Under the pieces are notes generated by a model, which saw nothing but the letters and a program-made list of their open reading frames with translations, searched no databases and had not been told where the DNA came from. The position numbers and the translations under genes were made by a program. DNA of 61,823 bases, counting the filler. It is 5 parts of 5 records of this genome, joined end to end, with 100 filler letters (N's around TTAATTAATTAA, not from the genome) between each part and the next. Parts side by side here need not be neighbours in the genome. Positions count along the whole stretch, not along the records: positions 1 to 20,054 come from SRR2962707_4968; 4 more parts are not named here. One strand, written 5' to 3'. Of this stretch, positions 1-8,171 are shown piece after piece. Numbering within the stretch: the first letter of the stretch is position 1; the number at the start of each line of letters is the position of its first letter.

Positions 1-120
1 TAATTCACTAGCTGTTTAGCTTTGTCACCAACTAACCAATAGAGAAACTTTACAAGTACAATTATATATTAGTATAGTTATATAATCAAATATTTTTCAC
101 AAAAAAATTAAATTATTTAG

Positions 121-1614
121 TTGAAAAGTTCAATAATTACCTTTTTCGTCCTTTTAAGCCAGTTTACTCATGCCCAGATTGCCTTTGAGGAGGCGGGAAT
201 AACAGTCGACAGTCTAAACACACCGAACGGTCAGAACTATCTGGTTATCAATCCATATCAACTTGGAATGGCATTTACTGAGGAGCGTGGAGGAATGCCT
301 CAAACAGATGAGCCTTATCGTTCCGAAAAGATTGAATTTGATAATCAACAATGGGAAGTTTTGGTTTTTTCTGACTGGCTGGGCGAGAAGGGAATGGTCA
401 GTCCGATAGGATTTACCCCGTTCGGTATTTTCTACAGTCAGGTATCTTTTGATAAAGGCGTGTATTCTGGTAAGGTACTATTTTCATCCAGGGATAAACC
501 TGAAGTGGTGGATATTCCATTTTTCAGAAATAGAGCTCCTATTCAAAGTGGATGCCTTTCAAAGGATGGTAAATACATGATCTTAAGCATTGAATCTAAT
601 CACAGCTATGGAGTGGAGGATTTGTATGTGGTGGAGCGCAAATCTGACGGCACGTGGAGCAAAGTCAAAAATTTAGGTCATCAACTGAATACGGTGTTTC
701 AGGAAGTGACACCTTTTTTAGCCGAGGATAATCGCACGTTGTTTTTTGCTACAAATGGCCGAGGTGGAGAAGGGAGTTTTGACCTTTTTTATACGGTACG
801 CCAGGATGAATCATGGAGGAACTGGAGCAAGCCCGTCAATCTGGGACCAAAAGTCAACACTTCCGGTGCAGAGACCTCTTTCGGTTACCAAGATGGATCT
901 AAGTGGGCTTATTATGTCAGCTCCAAGGATAGCGATGGCTATGGAGATATCATGAAAGTAAAGTTCAGAGAGGATATCGAAGAGGACACCACCACAATCG
1001 TTGCACCTGAACCGGTGGTGATAGAGCCAATAGAAGAAAACCAACGGATACTTCTCAAAGTAGTGGATGCGAAAACCGATGAGGTTCTACCTGCTGAGCT
1101 GCTCACTGAGAGTGGAAAACGGATTGGAGCAAATGGTTTATTTGAGATAGACTCATTAACGGGTGAGGAGGTAGAAGTTAAGTCTCAGGGGTATCTTCCT
1201 AAGATGATTATGTTAGACGAGCAACTAAAAACCGGGGAGAATGTAATCTCACTTTCTTCTATAGCAAAAGGTAATGTGATCACATTAGATCATGTCCTAT
1301 TTCATCGTGGAACTGCCAATATGGTTGATGGTTCTGAAAAAGAGCTTAATCTGGTGGTGGAGGTGATGAATGACAATCCGGATATCAAGATTTTACTTAA
1401 GGGTCATACCGACAATACAGGAGATCCGGTGAAAAATGTGCAGCTTTCCGAAGCACGAGTGAAAAGCGTAAAAGCGTATATTATAAATCAGGGAATCAGT
1501 CCGTATCGTGTAAGCGGTAAAGGGTACGGTGGCAATCAGCCGCTTTACAGCAATGAAACTGAGGAAACAAGAAAGCTTAACAGAAGAGTGGAGTTTGAAG
1601 TAGTTGAGGATTAA
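121..1614 (+). CDS. OmpA-family peptidoglycan-binding protein with PD40/WD40-like beta-propeller repeats
   Basis: Signal-peptide-like N-terminus; PD40-like repeats (TPFLAEDNRTLFFATNGRGGEGSFDLF, WSKPVNLGPKVNT); C-terminal OmpA domain (GHTDNTG...LSEARVKSV...NRRVEF). TTG start uncertain. Confidence 0.85.
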   Translation: MKSSIITFFVLLSQFTHAQIAFEEAGITVDSLNTPNGQNYLVINPYQLGMAFTEERGGMPQTDEPYRSEKIEFDNQQWEVLVFSDWLGEKGMVSPIGFTPFGIFYSQVSFDKGVYSGKVLFSSRDKPEVVDIPFFRNRAPIQSGCLSKDGKYMILSIESNHSYGVEDLYVVERKSDGTWSKVKNLGHQLNTVFQEVTPFLAEDNRTLFFATNGRGGEGSFDLFYTVRQDESWRNWSKPVNLGPKVNTSGAETSFGYQDGSKWAYYVSSKDSDGYGDIMKVKFREDIEEDTTTIVAPEPVVIEPIEENQRILLKVVDAKTDEVLPAELLTESGKRIGANGLFEIDSLTGEEVEVKSQGYLPKMIMLDEQLKTGENVISLSSIAKGNVITLDHVLFHRGTANMVDGSEKELNLVVEVMNDNPDIKILLKGHTDNTGDPVKNVQLSEARVKSVKAYIINQGISPYRVSGKGYGGNQPLYSNETEETRKLNRRVEFEVVED

Positions 1615-2063
1615 ACAGTCCTCTCAAAAGCTACTTTTTCGATTCCTACTTCTGTCATCCATTGCTTTACTTTTTTAAAGCCAAAGCCTTCATAAAGCGC
1701 AATTGCAGGTGCATTTGCTGCACCGGTTTCAACGGTGAAAGTTGGATTATTATAGCTGTTTAAAACAAACTCGATGAGCTGGCTGACAATTCCACGCCGG
1801 AAAAAGTCAGGATGTACCACCAGACTCTGAATATGGGTTATGTTGTTATAATTACTGACCTCCATAATGGCGGCCAGGCGGGAGGTCTCATAATAACCAT
1901 AGAAATCTGAATCAGTCTCTACATAAGAAGAGAGAGGTCTCTTGAGTGGAGGAAAGTTATTTTCAGCGCTTAGGAGCTTTGCTTCTATTGCGTAGGACAA
2001 CTGGAAGACATATCGAATTTGCGTCGCAATGTGCTCATCTGTATTGTTTAATCTTTCGATCAT
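1611..2063 (-). CDS. GNAT family N-acetyltransferase
   Basis: Acetyl-CoA motif A (LVVHPDFFRRGI) and motif B (NAPAIALYEGFGF); 4-nt overlap with the upstream deacylase gene. Confidence 0.85.
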   Translation of the reverse strand: MIERLNNTDEHIATQIRYVFQLSYAIEAKLLSAENNFPPLKRPLSSYVETDSDFYGYYETSRLAAIMEVSNYNNITHIQSLVVHPDFFRRGIVSQLIEFVLNSYNNPTFTVETGAANAPAIALYEGFGFKKVKQWMTEVGIEKVAFERTV

Positions 2064-2995
2064 TTATCAATGATACTTACACCCGTGTGAAATAATGCAT
2101 CTCCTCTGTTTACAACTGGATTGTTGTTCACACTCAAAATGTAACAATCATGGGAGGCTTTAATTTTTTTTTCATACTCACCGTAGGGGTCAGAAATAAC
2201 ACCCATGACATCTCCTTTTTCTACAAAAGACCCATTTCTTGCTTGTGCATAATGCAATCCGGCCCTACTGGCCCTTGTCCAGGAGGACTTATTGATTGTT
2301 ATGGTATTTTTTGACTGAGCTGGAGCTTCATCAATCATTTTCAAAAACTTCATCACTCGTTTCATGCCGGACAAGCCTTCATCGATGGCGGGTTTTCTCA
2401 ATTTCAAAGATTCACCAGCTTCATATACCAGGATGCTTTTACCCAATTTACCTGCTTCTTTTCGCAAAGACTTATCACGAAAAGGAGAATTGATGATCAG
2501 AGGAGCTGCAAAAGCCTGTGCCAGTTCATTATTCTTTGGGTCGTCTAACATGGCTCTCACCTGAGGATAATTATTGATTTGTTTTCCACCGGTGTGAAAA
2601 TCAATTCCATAATCGATATGGGGGATGACTTCATCCATCATAAAATAGGCAAACTGGCTTGCAAGTGAGCCATTCTTATTTCCGGGAAAGGATCGATTTA
2701 CATCTTTCCCATCCGGCACTTCCCGGCTAAAATTGATGAAACCAAAGACATTGAAAACAGGCATAAGGATTACACGCCCGGCTTTTACTTCATAGAGTTT
2801 TTTGGTGATGATACGCCGCATGATTTCCACGCCATTGATTTCATCGCCATGCATTCCGGCCATGAGGAGCAGTGTTGGGCCATTTTTTTTGGCTTCATAG
2901 GAAAAAATCGGGATCTCTATCACCGTACCTGATGGAAGGCGTGCAGTTGGGATATTCTGCCTGTGCAGCTTTTCCTTTTTTAAGTCAAAGTCCAT
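2060..2995 (-). CDS. Succinylglutamate desuccinylase/aspartoacylase (M14) family protein
   Basis: Zn-carboxypeptidase motifs HGDE, DVNRSFPG, DFHTG, YEAGE; C-terminal biotinyl-like domain. Confidence 0.88.
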   Translation of the reverse strand: MDFDLKKEKLHRQNIPTARLPSGTVIEIPIFSYEAKKNGPTLLLMAGMHGDEINGVEIMRRIITKKLYEVKAGRVILMPVFNVFGFINFSREVPDGKDVNRSFPGNKNGSLASQFAYFMMDEVIPHIDYGIDFHTGGKQINNYPQVRAMLDDPKNNELAQAFAAPLIINSPFRDKSLRKEAGKLGKSILVYEAGESLKLRKPAIDEGLSGMKRVMKFLKMIDEAPAQSKNTITINKSSWTRASRAGLHYAQARNGSFVEKGDVMGVISDPYGEYEKKIKASHDCYILSVNNNPVVNRGDALFHTGVSIIDK

Positions 2996-3065
2996 GTTGT
3001 ATTATAGCTTGTCCTAAAAGTAGTGAAAGATGCATTCATTATATTGCCGCAACAATTAAATCACA

Positions 3066-4361
3066 ATGCTGAACGATAAGAAAACCATCCATGCCTGGTG
3101 TCTCTACGATTGGGCAAACTCGGTATATTCCTTAACTATAACCTCTGCTATTTTTCCGATCTATTATCAAAAAGTAGCAGTGAATGCCAGCGGTGGGGAT
3201 CGCATCGATTTCTTTGGAACAGAGATCGTAAACTCAGTGCTTTATTCGTATGCACTTTCAGCTAGCTTTTTGATGGTGGCACTGGTATTACCTATTCTTT
3301 CGGGTATTGCAGACTATGCTGGCAAAAAGAAGTTTTTCTTAAGGCTTTTTATGTTTATAGGTTCCTTCTCATGTATTGGGCTCTTTTTCTTTACGGGAGA
3401 AAATGTTGAGTGGGGGATTCTATGTTCAGTGATGGCTAGTGTTGGGTACTCCGGAAGCTTGGTCTTTTATGATGCATTTTTAAATGAGATAGTAACAGAA
3501 GATAAAAGAGACATTGTCAGTGCAAAGGGTTACGCGTATGGTTACATGGGAGGGGTAGTCCTGCTTGTGATCAATCTGGTAACCATCGAAATGCCTGACA
3601 CATTTGGACTGGCTGATGCAGGGATTGCATCTCGGATAGCCTTTCTGACAGTGGGGGTGTGGTGGATAGGGTTTTCGCTATACGCTATTTCGAAATTGCC
3701 AGAAAATCCGCATGGAAGGAAACCCGAAGGACACTATCTGACCAATGGTTACAAGGAACTCAGGTCAGTATGGAGGCAGCTAAAAGACATGGAAGGAATG
3801 CGTAAATTTCTTTTTGCCTTCTTTTTTTATAACATGGGCGTGCAGACGGTCATGTACCTTGCAGCAACTTTCGGTTCCAAGGAGCTGAAAATGGAGGCTA
3901 ATAAGCTTATCATGACGGTTCTCATCATTCAATTTGTTGCCATTGTTGGAGCACTTTTTTTTGCTTACGTTTCCAAAAAGCAAGGAAATATTCGAGCATT
4001 GGCCATTCAGATCGTGATTTGGATAGGATGTTGCCTGGGGGCCTATTTTGTAGATGCAGAAATTGAGTTTTTTGCTCTTGCGGCTATTGTGGGTTTAGTG
4101 ATGGGAGGAATTCAGTCACTTTCCAGAGCGACTTATTCGAAGATTATGCCGAAGGATACCGTAGATACAGCCTCCTTCTTTAGTTTTTACGATGTGACTT
4201 ACAATGTGTCAATTGTGATTGGAACATTTGTTTACGGATATATTGAGCAAGTAACGGGCAGTATGCGAAACAGCACACTGGCCCTCGCCTCATTCTTTAT
4301 TCTTGGTATCATATTCCTTTCTCAAGTGAAATTAAAAAATGCAGCCACTCAAGCTTCCTGA
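3066..4361 (+). CDS. MFS transporter (UMF1/Atg22-like)
   Basis: AWCLYDWANS N-terminal signature, many hydrophobic segments, GGIQSLSR motif. Confidence 0.88.
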   Translation: MLNDKKTIHAWCLYDWANSVYSLTITSAIFPIYYQKVAVNASGGDRIDFFGTEIVNSVLYSYALSASFLMVALVLPILSGIADYAGKKKFFLRLFMFIGSFSCIGLFFFTGENVEWGILCSVMASVGYSGSLVFYDAFLNEIVTEDKRDIVSAKGYAYGYMGGVVLLVINLVTIEMPDTFGLADAGIASRIAFLTVGVWWIGFSLYAISKLPENPHGRKPEGHYLTNGYKELRSVWRQLKDMEGMRKFLFAFFFYNMGVQTVMYLAATFGSKELKMEANKLIMTVLIIQFVAIVGALFFAYVSKKQGNIRALAIQIVIWIGCCLGAYFVDAEIEFFALAAIVGLVMGGIQSLSRATYSKIMPKDTVDTASFFSFYDVTYNVSIVIGTFVYGYIEQVTGSMRNSTLALASFFILGIIFLSQVKLKNAATQAS

Positions 4362-4767
4362 GTTTGATTATCAGATCGAAGGGAACAAGATATTTTGCCT
4401 TATTCGAAAGAAATGGGTGGCGCTTACTCCAGAGGAATGGGTTCGGCAGCATTTCATCAATTTGCTCGTTGCTCATCTCGGCTACCCGAAGGGGCTCTTC
4501 AAACTAGAGCAAACCATGACTTACTTCAAAAATCAAAAGCGATCTGACATTTTGGTACTTGATAGGGAAGGACAGGTGTTTTTATTGGTGGAATGCAAAG
4601 CTCCATCTGTAAAGTTGGATCAGAAAGTGATGGGGCAGCTAGCAACTTATAATAAGGTGCTGGATGCGAAGTACCTGGCGATCACAAACGGCATGACTCA
4701 CTTTATTTGGCAAAAGGAGGAGGCTGGTTTCCAGCAGATTAAGGATTTTCCTTTTTATGAATCTTGA
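4339..4767 (+). CDS. Stand-alone HsdR N-terminal (HSDR_N_2) PD-(D/E)xK domain protein
   Basis: TPEEWVRQ, RSDILV, LVECKAP and Q...YN motifs of the small conserved Bacteroidota family. Confidence 0.85.
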   Translation: MQPLKLPEFDYQIEGNKIFCLIRKKWVALTPEEWVRQHFINLLVAHLGYPKGLFKLEQTMTYFKNQKRSDILVLDREGQVFLLVECKAPSVKLDQKVMGQLATYNKVLDAKYLAITNGMTHFIWQKEEAGFQQIKDFPFYES

Positions 4768-4788
4768 CAGGTACTTATCTTAGTAAAA

Positions 4789-5028
4789 ATGAAAGTCTCC
4801 AAAAAGGAATATCGTGACAAGCAGAATCAGGCGACTGGAGCCTTGTTGATTTCTGTTCTGGCACTTATCATGATTGTATTTCATTGTTATCATGTCTTAG
4901 TCAATGGAGAGCTTTTTGAATGGGAAAGATGGATAGGTTGGTTGATTTTGTTTCCGGCAATGTTTGTGATATGGAGACGAAGAGAACGTGAATTGAGTGA
5001 ATTAGAAGTCGACCATGCCGATCAGTGA
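4789..5028 (+). CDS. Small hypothetical two-TM membrane protein
   Basis: 79-aa ATG ORF with basic N-terminus and two hydrophobic segments; fills the gap co-directionally. Confidence 0.55.
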   Translation: MKVSKKEYRDKQNQATGALLISVLALIMIVFHCYHVLVNGELFEWERWIGWLILFPAMFVIWRRRERELSELEVDHADQ

Positions 5029-5212
5029 TAAGAAAAGAAGAAGGCTTCAATTGGTCGGAGCTATTCTGATGTTCATTGGCTCTGGTTTTCAGATGTACAG
5101 GTATTTTTTCATGCCGGATTCTGACTGGACTCGAATAGTGATGGCTATTTGTTGGCTGCCATTGGGGATTTTGTTCTACCTGCAATCCAGGGATATTATT
5201 AAATCCGCTTGA
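5015..5212 (+). CDS. Small hypothetical two-TM membrane protein
   Basis: 65-aa ATG ORF; KKRRR then two hydrophobic helices; overlaps the previous ORF by 14 nt. Confidence 0.55.
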   Translation: MPISDKKRRRLQLVGAILMFIGSGFQMYRYFFMPDSDWTRIVMAICWLPLGILFYLQSRDIIKSA

Positions 5213-5276
5213 ATTCCTTATTTTTACATATCTGCTGAAGCTTTGAAAGACAAACCACCCATTAAATTCAAAGCAG

Positions 5277-5579
5277 ATGAAGAACTTATTGGATCGTATC
5301 CCTTCTTTTTTTAAGAATTTCTATTTTCTTTCTACACTATTTTTTGTGGTCTGGCTGGCATTTGTAGATAGCAATGACCTGTTTTTACAGACGCAGCTAT
5401 CTAATAAAAAAGCTGAACTTGAGGAGGCCAGACAGTTTTACCAGGATAAGATCATGCAGGTAAAGAATGATCAGGCAGCATTGAACCACAATCCTGATCT
5501 CCTTGAAAAAATGGCGCGTGAGAAATACCTGATGAAAAAACCAAACGAAGATCTATACATTGTCGTAAGAGAAGATTGA
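5277..5579 (+). CDS. ftsB: Septum formation initiator, FtsB/DivIC family
   Basis: One TM helix, coiled coil, LEKMAREKYLMKKPNEDLY signature. Confidence 0.8.
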   Translation: MKNLLDRIPSFFKNFYFLSTLFFVVWLAFVDSNDLFLQTQLSNKKAELEEARQFYQDKIMQVKNDQAALNHNPDLLEKMAREKYLMKKPNEDLYIVVRED

Positions 5580-6097
5580 TGAAATCATTAATTACAGTCT
5601 TTTCTTTAATATTGGCTTTTGGCCTTTATGGACAAGGCAAACTTTCCGACAAAATCTACTTCGGTGGAGGTGGCGGGTTTAGTGCAAGTTCCAATCAAAC
5701 CAACATCAGCATTTTTCCACAGGTGGGTTATAAGATAACGGATCGTTATTCAGCAGGTGTTGGCATTACCTATCAATATGTAAAAGTCAAGCAACCAAGC
5801 TTCACATTTTCAAACTATGGTTGGAGTATTTTCAATCGCTTCAATATTACCAGACAGTTTTTCGCTTATGGTGAATTTGAGAGGCTGAACTTTGAATATC
5901 CTGTTTCTTTAGAGCTTACAGAACGAAGTTCTTTCAATAGCTTTCTACTTGGAGCCGGATATTCCGAGCAGCTAGGTGGAAAGGCATCTTTTAATGTTAT
6001 GGCACTTTACAATGTACTCTATGATGAGAGCGAGGTTCCAAGACCCTATAATAGTCCATGGGTAATTCGAGCCGGTATTGGTATAGGGATCTTTTAG
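5579..6097 (+). CDS. Hypothetical small outer-membrane beta-barrel protein
   Basis: Signal peptide, Gly/aromatic alternating strands, C-terminal Phe; ATG at 5579 overlaps the upstream TGA. Confidence 0.7.
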   Translation: MKSLITVFSLILAFGLYGQGKLSDKIYFGGGGGFSASSNQTNISIFPQVGYKITDRYSAGVGITYQYVKVKQPSFTFSNYGWSIFNRFNITRQFFAYGEFERLNFEYPVSLELTERSSFNSFLLGAGYSEQLGGKASFNVMALYNVLYDESEVPRPYNSPWVIRAGIGIGIF

Positions 6098-6462
6098 TTA
6101 TCCGATATATCAAACTCCATTTCCAATAATTCACTGTAGTCATTTGCCATTTCCTTCATTTCCTCATCCCTGTTGTTAAAATACCAATGTATGGAGGGTG
6201 CTTTGCTATTGAACTTAAAGGACTTTAGCAGTTCGAGCAAAGACTTAGCTGCTATGGTATTAAAAACATCAAGTTTGATGTTCAAATCACTGTAATCGAA
6301 TTTCTTAAACTGTTCGATCATCTCTTTGAGTACAGAAGCATAAACAGTGACATCACGACATAATGAAGAGCCTGAAATAAGTGCTGATTTTGTTTTTGAG
6401 TCCATCATCACCACAGGTGAGGTGCTGGTGGCTTTTCGAAAATAATCCATGTGATTAAGCAT
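6094..6462 (-). CDS. SiaC/DUF1987-like regulatory phosphoprotein (divergent)
   Basis: LISGSS, DVFNTIAAKSLLELL and IHWYF..RDEEMKEMANDYSELL match the DUF1987 pattern. Confidence 0.7.
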   Translation of the reverse strand: MLNHMDYFRKATSTSPVVMMDSKTKSALISGSSLCRDVTVYASVLKEMIEQFKKFDYSDLNIKLDVFNTIAAKSLLELLKSFKFNSKAPSIHWYFNNRDEEMKEMANDYSELLEMEFDISDN

Positions 6463-6573
6463 TAGGGTGTAATGATTATACCGATCCTAATGTGATTGGT
6501 TTAAGAGATTAGTTGAGTGATGAATGGCTGTCGTTGAACAATGAGGATCAGTCGGTGAAACTCAGTGTTGAAA

Positions 6574-7077
6574 TCAATGGATTCTGAGTGTTCGCATGAT
6601 TTTTCTAAACTCCTTATTTGATTCTTTTCTTTCATCCTTCGGAGCAGAGGTTGAGATTTCCCATTGCTGGTTGGCCTCCAAAAAAGTATAGACTCTTATG
6701 TTCAGATTCTCACCATCTTGATTTTGGATGTATTCTTCTGATTGTACTTTCTGTCCCATTATTTTTTCAGATGGTCCATGCTTACCTGATTGTGATTCAA
6801 TATTGGTGGTTGGATTCACATTCTTTAATGACTCAGGGAATTCACCTGAAACATAACCTCCCATGGGTCTAGGTGAACTGAAGTAGGTGAGGCTCAAATA
6901 AATCGTCGAGGTATCGGCTTCTGACGGACTCACTTTTATAGCATAACCATCATCAAAAATCTTCCAGTTTTTTGGCTTTTTAAAACTAAATGTAAGGTCA
7001 GGATCATTAAATGATACTCGTTGAGAAAAAGAAATAAGAATATGGAAAAGAAATATTAAGAAGAAAAACTGTCGCAT
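6574..7077 (-). CDS. Hypothetical secreted protein
   Basis: Signal peptide; FSFKKPKNW and a C-terminal helix loosely resemble PsbP/DcrB-like folds (weak). Confidence 0.6.
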   Translation of the reverse strand: MRQFFFLIFLFHILISFSQRVSFNDPDLTFSFKKPKNWKIFDDGYAIKVSPSEADTSTIYLSLTYFSSPRPMGGYVSGEFPESLKNVNPTTNIESQSGKHGPSEKIMGQKVQSEEYIQNQDGENLNIRVYTFLEANQQWEISTSAPKDERKESNKEFRKIMRTLRIH

Positions 7078-7088
7078 GTTTGATGCTT

Positions 7089-8162
7089 TTAGTTCAGCTT
7101 TATCCCAAACTTCTTGCCAAGTTCTTCTAAATCTTTCACCACCGGATCCAGCAAGTCAATACCATTTCTCAATCTTTCCTCTGTCATTTCTCTTTCCGGA
7201 TCTCCCGGGATCAGGACTTTCTCTTCGGGGTTTACCGTTTCAGATGCTCTGAATCGTTCAATCCAGTTATCCATGTGTGATTTGAATTCCTCTCCATCAC
7301 GAAAAGCATCAATCCGCATGGCACCAAAGAAATGGCCAAGCCCTTCGCCTACCGGATTGGGGGCAGGGTCGATAAAAGCCACAAAAGGAGGCACCCACGG
7401 ACCATAGTTGGCCCCTGATAACACAGCGGAAAGAATATCTACAACTGCTCCGAGCGCGTATCCTTTGTGAGAGCCATGCTCGCGATCTCCACCCAATGGG
7501 CGCATTGAGCCACCTTTGATTAGTCCTTTTGCATCGGTTGTAATATGACCTTCTTTGTCTTGCAGCCAGCCTTCGGGGGCATCTAGTCCTTTTCGTTGAA
7601 GTACTTCCAGTTTCCCGTTGGCGGCTGTAGTAGTGGCCATATCCAATACGAATGGTGGTTGATTTTTGGTGGGGATGGCAATGGAAATCGGATTTGTGCC
7701 AAGCAATCGTTCCTTGGAAAAAGTCGGAGAAACGAGCGGACTGGCATTTGTGAGTGAGATACCAATGCAGTCTTCTTCCAGTGCCATCATGGCGTGATAT
7801 CCGGCGATACCATAGTGGTTGGAGTTCTTTACAGAAACCCACCCTGAACCAACGTTTTTAGCTTTTTCAATGGCAAGGTTCATTGCGTGGGGCCCTACAA
7901 CCAGCCCAAGTCCCAAATCACCGTCGACAACCGCTGTGGAAGGGGTTTCATGAACCGTTTTGATTACTGGAGTGGCATTCAATCTATTTTTTTCATGAAG
8001 ACGAATGTAGCCAGACAACCTTGCTACCCCATGAGAATCTACACCTCTGAGATCGGCACTAACTAAAACATCGGCTGCCTGCTGTGCTTCTGCTTTAGGG
8101 CAACCGATGCTTAAAAATATTTCCTTTGAAAATCGCTTAAGTTCTTCCGCTGAAAAAATCAT
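7089..8162 (-). CDS. Ldh_2 family oxidoreductase (type 2 malate/L-lactate dehydrogenase)
   Basis: ADLRGVDSHG, NSNHYG, GTNPI, LDMATT, HKGYAL and IPGDPE motifs. Confidence 0.92.
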   Translation of the reverse strand: MIFSAEELKRFSKEIFLSIGCPKAEAQQAADVLVSADLRGVDSHGVARLSGYIRLHEKNRLNATPVIKTVHETPSTAVVDGDLGLGLVVGPHAMNLAIEKAKNVGSGWVSVKNSNHYGIAGYHAMMALEEDCIGISLTNASPLVSPTFSKERLLGTNPISIAIPTKNQPPFVLDMATTTAANGKLEVLQRKGLDAPEGWLQDKEGHITTDAKGLIKGGSMRPLGGDREHGSHKGYALGAVVDILSAVLSGANYGPWVPPFVAFIDPAPNPVGEGLGHFFGAMRIDAFRDGEEFKSHMDNWIERFRASETVNPEEKVLIPGDPEREMTEERLRNGIDLLDPVVKDLEELGKKFGIKLN

Positions 8163-8171
8163 GCGGCGAAA

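Noticed and set aside
61-86. Inverted repeat ATTATATA-N10-TATATAAT upstream of the OmpA gene
   Set aside because: Pure A/T arms in an AT-rich spacer; easily chance, and no regulator can be assigned.
4339-4767. Possible type I restriction-modification or defence locus
   Set aside because: Only the small stand-alone HsdR N-terminal-like domain is present, with no hsdM, hsdS or helicase; the context is housekeeping.
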